Assembly: GCA_022446825.1 (NCBI GenBank)
Contig: JAKVBY010000043.1
Span: 10,986 to 74,985, forward strand
From: Pirellulaceae bacterium
GTDB taxonomy: Bacteria; Planctomycetota; Planctomycetia; Pirellulales; Pirellulaceae
Length of the DNA stretch: 64,000 nt
Direction of reading: 5' to 3'
Shown: one piece after another, positions 28,188 through 36,200 of the stretch
Numbering within the stretch: position 1 is the stretch's first letter
Layout of the letters: the number at the start of each line of letters is the position of its first letter
Translations under genes and position numbers: made by a program
Notes under the pieces: generated by a model
Told to the model about the DNA's origin: nothing
Seen by the model: only the letters and a program-made list of their open reading frames with translations
The model's database searches: none

Positions 28188-28898
28188 ATGCCGATTTTGA
28201 CGCCGCCACTTCAAGTCGCTCCGCCGTTACAACAACAATCCAAGCCGTTGTTGATTCTCCAAATCGCAGACTCTGCCTTTCCGATTGGCGGCTTCGCCCA
28301 CAGCAATGGTCTGGAAGCAGCCATGAAATGGGGCCACGTGACTAACCCTTACGACTTGAAACGCTTTGCCCAAGATAGCCTCATGCAAATAGCACGCGGG
28401 AGCCTACCTTTCGTGAGAGACGCGCATCGCGGCCAAGCTTTTGAGGAACTGGATGCACTTTGCAACGCGTTCCTGAATAGTCACATCGCGAATCAGGCCA
28501 GCCGCCGCCAAGGACGAACGCTCTTGAATACGGCAGCCACCGTTTTTGAACTACCGGATCTCGCGTCGTTGCTAGACCTCGTGCAAGACCGGAAGCTCGC
28601 CTGCCATCTAGCTCCCGTATTTGGTCACTTCACACACTGCCTGGATCTGCAGGAACAGGAATCCCTCCAGTTGTTTCTCTTCATGACATTACGTAGCTTG
28701 GTGTCTAGTGCCGTTCGACTCAGCTTGGTCGGTCCCCTCCGAGGGCAAACCATCCAACATGAGTTGAGTAACTATGTAGAAGAGCTTGTGACAAATTTTT
28801 CAGCTGGGAAAATGGCCTCTGTATTTCAAACCGCACCGTTGATTGATTTAATGCAGGCCACACACGACCGCGCCTACTCCCGGCTTTTTCAGAGTTAA
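28188..28898 (+). CDS. ureF: Urease accessory protein UreF
   Basis: The ORF is 236 aa. The motif LLILQIADSAFPIGGFAHSNGLEA matches the UreF N-terminal signature (LQL.DS.FP.G.F.hS.GLE). It is divergent from the porin/urt unit and sits directly upstream of ureG. Confidence 0.85.
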   Translation: MPILTPPLQVAPPLQQQSKPLLILQIADSAFPIGGFAHSNGLEAAMKWGHVTNPYDLKRFAQDSLMQIARGSLPFVRDAHRGQAFEELDALCNAFLNSHIANQASRRQGRTLLNTAATVFELPDLASLLDLVQDRKLACHLAPVFGHFTHCLDLQEQESLQLFLFMTLRSLVSSAVRLSLVGPLRGQTIQHELSNYVEELVTNFSAGKMASVFQTAPLIDLMQATHDRAYSRLFQS

Positions 28899-28910
28899 GA
28901 AGGACATCGC

Positions 28911-29675
28911 ATGCACAACCCCACCGATCATAGCCACGATCACGACCACAGTCACGATCACGACCACGGCCACACGCACGAGCATCTTGAGCATCCTGGC
29001 CGCTTCGCCGAGCGACAACCGATGCTCCCCACCCGAGACTTCGGACAACGCGCTTTTACCGTGGGAATCGGGGGTCCGGTCGGGACTGGTAAAACGGCCT
29101 TGATGCTTTCGCTTTGTCGAGCCCTACGCGACACCTACAACATTGCCGTCGTGACGAATGATATTTTTACGAATGAGGACGCTGAATTTTTGACCACCCA
29201 TGAAGCACTACCCCAAGAACGCATTTCTGCCGTTGAAACCGGCGGGTGCCCGCATGCCGCCATTCGAGAAGATATCTCTGCCAATCTTTTGGCGTTGACA
29301 GAATTGACCGACACCTTTCAGCCACAATTGCTGCTGCTTGAATCGGGCGGTGATAACCTAGCTGCCGACTTTAGTCGTGAATTAGCGGATTATACGATCT
29401 ATGTCATTGACGTCGCCGGTGGTGATAAGATTCCGCGCAAAGGGGGTCCTGGCATCACGCAGTCAGACTTGCTCTTGATCAACAAAATTGATCTAGCCGA
29501 AGCGGTCGGCGCCGATTTGTCGGTCATGGACCGGGATAGCAAAAAAATGCGCGGCGACGGGCCCACTATTTTTGCCCAAATTAAAGCGGACCAAGGGACC
29601 GAGGACGTGGTGAAGCATGTTCTGAAAGCTTGGCAAAAGTCCACGACAGGAGTCGCCGATCCTTCAGCGCTTTGA
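28911..29675 (+). CDS. ureG: Urease accessory GTPase UreG with a His-rich N-terminal extension
   Basis: It has the P-loop GGPVGTGKT, the metal-binding CPH motif ([13 protein letters not shown]), ESGGDNL and the NKIDL G4 motif. The N-terminus is [30 protein letters not shown]. Confidence 0.95.
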   Translation: MHNPTDHSHDHDHSHDHDHGHTHEHLEHPGRFAERQPMLPTRDFGQRAFTVGIGGPVGTGKTALMLSLCRALRDTYNIAVVTNDIFTNEDAEFLTTHEALPQERISAVETGGCPHAAIREDISANLLALTELTDTFQPQLLLLESGGDNLAADFSRELADYTIYVIDVAGGDKIPRKGGPGITQSDLLLINKIDLAEAVGADLSVMDRDSKKMRGDGPTIFAQIKADQGTEDVVKHVLKAWQKSTTGVADPSAL

Positions 29676-29896
29676 CACCTGCCCCAGCAACAGCGGCAGA
29701 GCACCGGAGACAAAACGTGGTGAAGCCACAAGCGCACCCATGTGAAACTGTCCAATGCGAAATGTCTTTTCCTATCTTCTGGAAAACTCGCTGGTCTTCG
29801 GGTAAACCCACTGGCAAACCCAAGCTTCCGTCAGAATCAATCATTATCTCCACCGTAGCACTGCACTCATGGAGAGATCAGCGATATCATAGTGGG

Positions 29897-30193
29897 ATGT
29901 TGGTCACACGCTTCTCCCCATTGATTCGTCACTGTTTTAAAAATCGATTTAGTGAGCTGACCGAGCCACAACGACGTGGTTGGCCATCCATCGCTACGAG
30001 CCGTGACAAACTGATTGTTATTCTTTCCAGATTGGAAAAAACACGGGCAGTATTTCTCGCCTGCCTGGAGCAGCTTTGTCGAAATTGTCTGAAGGATGAG
30101 TTGAAGCGTGAGAGTCAAATCATCTATATGCCGCCACTGCAGGCGCTGAGTACCGGCATTGAAGACAATCTGCAAACACCGCTTCATGGATGA
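29897..30193 (+). pseudogene. Relic of the N-terminus of an Lhr-type DEAD/DEAH-box helicase (about 98 codons, Walker A destroyed, truncated)
   Basis: MLVTRFSPLIRHCFKNRFSELTEPQRRGWPSIATSRDKLIVILSRLEKTRAVFLACLEQL...IIYMPPLQALSTGIEDNLQTPLHG* is colinear with the start of Lhr-like helicases. From memory, the E. coli Lhr sequence is FSPATRDWF..F..PT.VQ...W......ALVIAPTGSGKTLAAFL.ALDRL...ILYISPIKALGTDVQRNLQIPLKG. The P-loop APTGSGKT is replaced by LSRLEKT, and the frame ends after about 100 of an expected 1,400 or more residues. Confidence 0.55.
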
Positions 30194-30279
30194 CCACCAT
30201 GACCGCATTACTGGCCAATGATTTTGTATGACATTCAATCCAACTGATGAATGTGGCGAAGTCCGTAAGGAACAAAACC

Positions 30280-33200
30280 ATGTCGAACATCTTCGTTTCG
30301 ATCGTTTTTTGTACCCTGTTGCTCGATCAAACAGATGCCAATCAGAAGACCGATCGCCCCATCACTGTGGCAGCCGAACAACAGAAGCAGATCGACGACG
30401 CTATCAAACAGTTAGGCAGCCGCCGATTTGCCGAACGACAAAAAGCGTTTCGCTTTCTACAAAACGCGGGTATCTCCGCTGAGCCATCCCTTAAGAACGC
30501 TGCTCAGAGCAACGACCCCGAAATTCGCGCGCGTGTGAAACAACTACTGTCTGACCTGCGTTATGGGATTAGCCCTAAAACTAAACCAGAGATCGCTGCC
30601 CTCATCCGACGTTACCGCGACGGCACTCCGAAAGAACGCGACGTAGCATTCGATCGCCTCTTGAAAAAACAAGAGTTCAAAATTTTGCAGCGCATTATCC
30701 AACTGGAAGAGCAACCAGAGATTCGCCGTCAATTGGTAGAGCGACTCTTTAAAGACGAGCTTGTCGTTGACCGATTCATTGAACTCAATGCAATTCGCAG
30801 CTTAGTCGACACCATTGGACGGGATGCCGATCCTCGCTGGCGGCGGGAAATGATCGCTCGGGTATTATTTTCACCTCGCATGTTGAAGGCTCTCATCGAC
30901 AAAGAACAACTTGGCACGATCGAACAATTTTTACTCAACGAAGAATCAGAAACAACACGCGCAGAACTGCTGTCATTACTTTTTCAGAATCAGGCCGCCT
31001 TGGGTACGATCATAACAAGTGGCCAAGTTGATTTTGCGATTCAATTAGTAACTTCCTTTGAGGCCGATAAAAGCCGCGAGCGTTTTGCGCAACAGCTCTT
31101 GGGAGTTGCCGTCTTTCCCGCCACGATGGTTAAAGCAAAGCGTCTCGATGACTTATTCCACTTTGTGGAACGCAACCTAACCAAGGAAACAAGGCCAATC
31201 GTACTCGAGACCTTGTTCACGCAGTCCGAATTCACCAAGGCAATTTTAGAAACCCATGGTTTGGAAAAACTAATTGCCTTAATCCAACGAGAAAAAGATC
31301 CTACAACTCGCGGGAAGCTATTCGGTCGCATTGCGGTTGGCACCACCGTTCGAACGCATCTTTCAAAGCAAGGAAATACCTCTGCGCCCATTGAGTGGGC
31401 TCGTGCTGAAAAAGACCTTGTTGCCCGTCGGGCGTTCCTGGATGTACTGTTTCAACAACGTTTCTTTATGCGCATGCGCCACGACGCCGGTGTTCTACAA
31501 GCCATGTGGAAAATCATCGAAGAGGACGAAAACATTAAATGGCAAGCCTCTGCATTAGCGCAGGTTCTGCCACACGTCCGCACCGCAAATCTGTTTCAGG
31601 ACGAGAATTCGATTCAATGGATTCTACGTTTAATTCGCGATGTCAATCCCCAAGATCGCAGCTCGCTCCTGAGTCAGATCGTGGCAAATCAATATCTAAG
31701 AAGCCAGCTGTTGGTGCTCGGGAAATTCGAAGACATCTTAACCCTCGCTCGCAAAGAACCGGTCGGAACACGTGGGACAACGCTACGGTCCTTGATGTCG
31801 GACCCGCGCATTGCCCAGTTACTTCAGGCAAAAGGCAACCTCCAACAGTTACTTACAATCGCCCGTGAAGAAACAGATGCCAAATCGCGTCAAGACTACT
31901 TGATGGGTATATTCCAGAACCCATCGATCATGAGAGCGTTGGTCGCAGCCAAACACTTTGATGCCATCAAGGAACTGATCAGTGAGACCACAGACACGGG
32001 GGACCATGCGTTGCTGTACGCAACCTTCCTGTCGACTCAAGCCATTGCGGACGAAATGCACAATCGAGGCCAACTCGATTCACTCATTAGCTATGCTCAA
32101 ATGCTCGATGACTTAGACGCTCGTCGAACCTACCTACAACAACTGTTTCGCAATTATCACGCCGTCCGTCTTTTAGTCGACCGGGAACACTTTGACACCC
32201 TGTTGAAAATGTCGAACAGTGATCCGGAGGCTGCACAACGATTACAGCTCAAAAACTCACTCTTGGTAAACCCTCGAGTGCTAGACCATCTAACCACGGA
32301 AAAACAAATTGCAACGTTGATTACCTTTGTCACCCAAGAAGCTACCAACAACATGCGTTCGACATTCCTGCAACGCATCATGAATCACCCCGGTGTGATG
32401 GAGGCCATTGTCAAGGAAAACTATTTTGACGACTTGGTCGAAATCGTAGCCGGAGAGGTGCAATCGTATCGACGTGCAGCGCTCGTTGCTGCGCTGATCC
32501 GCAATGTGACTTTAACAAAGCACCTCTCCCAACAAAAACAACTTTCCCGACTCATTCAACTGACCACTTCGGAGCTCGATCAAAACGCGCGTCGGCAAAT
32601 GCTAAACGCCTTTGTCTCCAACCCAGAAACCCTGGCGATTTGGATTAAAACAGGCAAGCTTGACGTGTTATGGGAATTATTTGCCTCACAAAAACCATTG
32701 TCGGCACGCGCACAGTTGCTCGGACAATTACTTACTCGAGTCGAGGTTCTGCAAAAACTATCGGAAGAAAATCGCCTCGAGGTGGTTCTCACATCCTTTT
32801 CAAATCCAGCCAACAAAACCGCTCGTGACCTCTTTGCCCAACAACTCTTCGGAAATCCCCAGGCCGTCTCCTACTTAATTGAAAAAGGACACTTTGCGGC
32901 CCTGTTAGAAAGCGCCGAATCGGCCTCCACCTCTCAAATGCGTGCACATTTAACCGCACGCCTGCTAAGTGTTCCCCAAGCGATTGACTTACTGGTAGAA
33001 CGCGGCGTCTTAGTCGAATTTATGAATCGAATCGGCCAAGACAGTGAGCTCAAAGCCCGTCGCCAGTTCGTGTCATCGTTAATGGGCAACCAGCATCTAC
33101 TCAAGGTTTTGGCGGATCACCAACAATTACAGCGAGTCTTCGACTTAATCGCTGCTGACAAAGATATCTCCTGGCGACGGCAACAGTTGATGCAATTGAT

Positions 33201-36200
33201 GGTGCGACCCAGCGGCCTGCGATACTTGCTTAAAAACAACCAGTTTGAAAGCACACTCGACTTGGCAATTTCTGAACCGGACACCAATCGACAGCAGCAA
33301 TTTTTTCGACAACTCTTTAATGACTCGCAAATTGTCAACGTATTGGCACAGCAAGGGCTCATCGACACATTACTCAGGCGATTAAAAAAAGAGCCTAACC
33401 AAAAATACTTTCGCGATTTTTTAATGGCGATTGCCACATCGTCAGAGGCTTCTCATTGGCTCCTGAAGCAGAACCGTTTCGCCTTGTTAATGGATACTCT
33501 AGAAAGCAATTCCAACCAAGCACAACGCACGCAGTACCTGCGGCGCATCATTTATCAACGCAATGTCATTTCCGAGGCGGTCTCTGCGGGGCATCTTGAT
33601 CGCTTACTAACACTCGTCCAAAACGTCGCCGATCCTCAGCAACGTGTTCAGATCCTGACTTATTTCATCGCCATCCCTGAGGTGCTACGGTTACTGGAAA
33701 CAAACCATGGTAAGGAGGACGCTCTCCAACGGCTTCTCGGTAAGGAAAGTGAGCAGTTACGCAGTTTTCTCGTCCAGCAACTCGCTCAAAACTCAATTGC
33801 GACACGGGAACTTATGAATCGAGGGTTATTCGAAATTCTTGTTAAAAAGTTACTCGAAGAGCAGGAGGTGGTCGTGCGATCACGGAATCTCGGCCAGCTC
33901 TTTGCATCATCAATGATTGCCCACGGTCGTGCGCGTGCGCAACAGCTCGATTGGTATGTGGAGTTTGCCAAAGTCGAAAATCAAATTGCCCGCCGAGAGT
34001 ACCTCAAATTGGCGCTACAAAACTCGACAGCTTTGAATGCTCTCAGCAAAAACAAACGCCTCCATGAAATCATTGCACTCTGGCATAGTGAAACAGATCC
34101 TCTGGCTTGGCGACTTCAATTATCTCATTTGTTGCTTGCACCTGCAGTCATCGAAGCGTTCTCCGAGAACGGCGTACTTCAAATGCACACCGACCGCCTC
34201 TTTCGAGAGGCAACGCTGACCGAAAAACGCGATTTCATAAACCGTTTACTCAGTCACACAGAACCCCTAAATGCATTAATTCAAAAAGGCTACTACCTGC
34301 AAATTTGCAGGGTGATCGAGGCAGAAACGAATGTGCGATCGCGACAATATCTGTGGACACGGTTTCTAAGTTCTGAGTCTGCAATTCGACATACCCTAGA
34401 GCACAAAGATGGCGATATTCTGGACCAATTAGTGGGAAGTGATTCGGATCTAAGCATGCGATCCCAACAAATTCGCAACCTCCTCTATCAGCCAGTTACC
34501 ATTCAAACCATTGCTCAGTACGGGAAAATTGAGGTGGTCATTAAAGCAATCCTGGATTTACCTAGAAAAAAAGACCAAGTCGACCTAATGGTGCGCACTC
34601 TCGCAACTCCCGAAGTGCTCACTCATTTAGAACAAGATGAAAATCCAGCAGGATTGCTTCCACGACTGGTAGACTTTTTTGATGATGGCGTGGCTGCTTT
34701 GTTTGTTGAGCAACTTACGGAGAACACACAAACGAGACAATTCTTAACCAAACACGATCACTTAGTCGCGTTGCTAACTATATCCGCTGCCATCAACTCG
34801 TCGAGGACGCGCTCGCAAGCTGTCGGGAACCTGCTGGCCGATCCAACCGTCACACAAACGCTCGACGAGAATCAAGTTCTGGACCTCTTTCGACAATTTG
34901 CCAAGCAGGACGACGGTAGCGCACGCCGAGCTTTTCTTCAACGTGCATTGAGCAATCACCATATGCTCATGGTGCTAAAACAAAACGCAGAGCTCACCGA
35001 TGTTCTTGCCTTTAGCCTGCGGGAATCTCAGGCTGGCTGGCGAGCTAGTCTCTTACGTGAGTTGCTCATTTCCCCAACGGTGGTTGAACATTTCGGTCAA
35101 AAACAAGTGCTTCAAACGCAATTTGAGTCGGCCATCGAAAAAAGCCTGGCCGCGGACCAAGCAAGTTTTTTAGAGAATCTCATCAGCCAACCCACAACCA
35201 TTCGCGCCTACCTGAAATATGGAATGTTCGAGTCACTTGTGACGACTATCAAGGCATTCCCTGATGCCTCTCGAGGTCGCCCACTTTTGGCGCAAATCAT
35301 TTCTCTGCCCGAAAGCACCGACTATCTTCCGATTCCACGCATGGCAGCCATTTTCACTGCTTTACTGACCGAAGAACCAAACCCGTCCCAACGCATGCTG
35401 ATCATTCGCGCCGTACTTATGAACTCCGAGATACTGGAAATGTTGCTACAGCAAGGTGCCTGCGATCGCTTTCTCGACACGTTCCAAAAGGTTGATGGGA
35501 CTTCAGATATTTCTGAAATGGCAACTTTCTTAGTCCACCCCGTCACACTCAGACATCTCGCAAGCGAGCAAAAAGTAGACGTTGTTTATCAGTTGGCGAT
35601 CGAGACTTCGAACTCCTCCACTCGAGCACGCCTTGTCGGAGAACTTTTGGGGAATCCACGTGTCGTTACCTTTTGCGCCAACCATGGATTAGCCCATCAA
35701 ATACCGCGTTTGATTCAAAGTGGTCTGGATGAGAGGGAACGCGAGAACTTTGCTCGGAGAGCACTGCTCAATCCAACCTTGCATCAAGAACTCGCGACCC
35801 GAAACGAAAGTAATGCCTTACTGAAACTTTTGGAAATTCCTGGGAACGAGGATATTCGCCAACACGCACGGCAACAAATTCTGTACGCTTCAACCGGAAT
35901 CATTCCATCCTTGCTGAGCGAGGATGGTGGAATCGAACGCGCGAAAAATCTGCTTGACAAATATGCTACCGATGATCTCGGACGTGCACGGTTGGCTGCC
36001 TTTCTTCTACTCACTGGCGAGATTGACGCACGCATTCAAGCAATTCAGCAGCAGCTAAAGACAGAGGAGAATGCAGACCAATTTAGACTCTTAACCTACC
36101 TGTTACGTGCCAAATCAGATCATCCGGGAACACTTGCAGCTGCGCGCAAATCACTGGATACCATCCTCCTAAGAGCGGTTTTAACCGAGCAGGGCGGTTG

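Noticed and set aside
28920-28990. A CAC/GAT/GAC-rich short-period DNA repeat, considered as a simple-sequence or contingency locus.
   Set aside because: It is in frame and encodes the His/Asp-rich tail of UreG. The repeat is imperfect and there is no homopolymer or pure tandem tract likely to slip.
29630-29896. The N-terminal 89 codons of the 187-aa ORF 29630..30193. This would make the helicase-like stub a longer protein overlapping ureG.
   Set aside because: This part overlaps the ureG 3' end and has a non-protein-like sequence ([24 protein letters not shown]...). Only the part from 29897 onward shows helicase-like colinearity.
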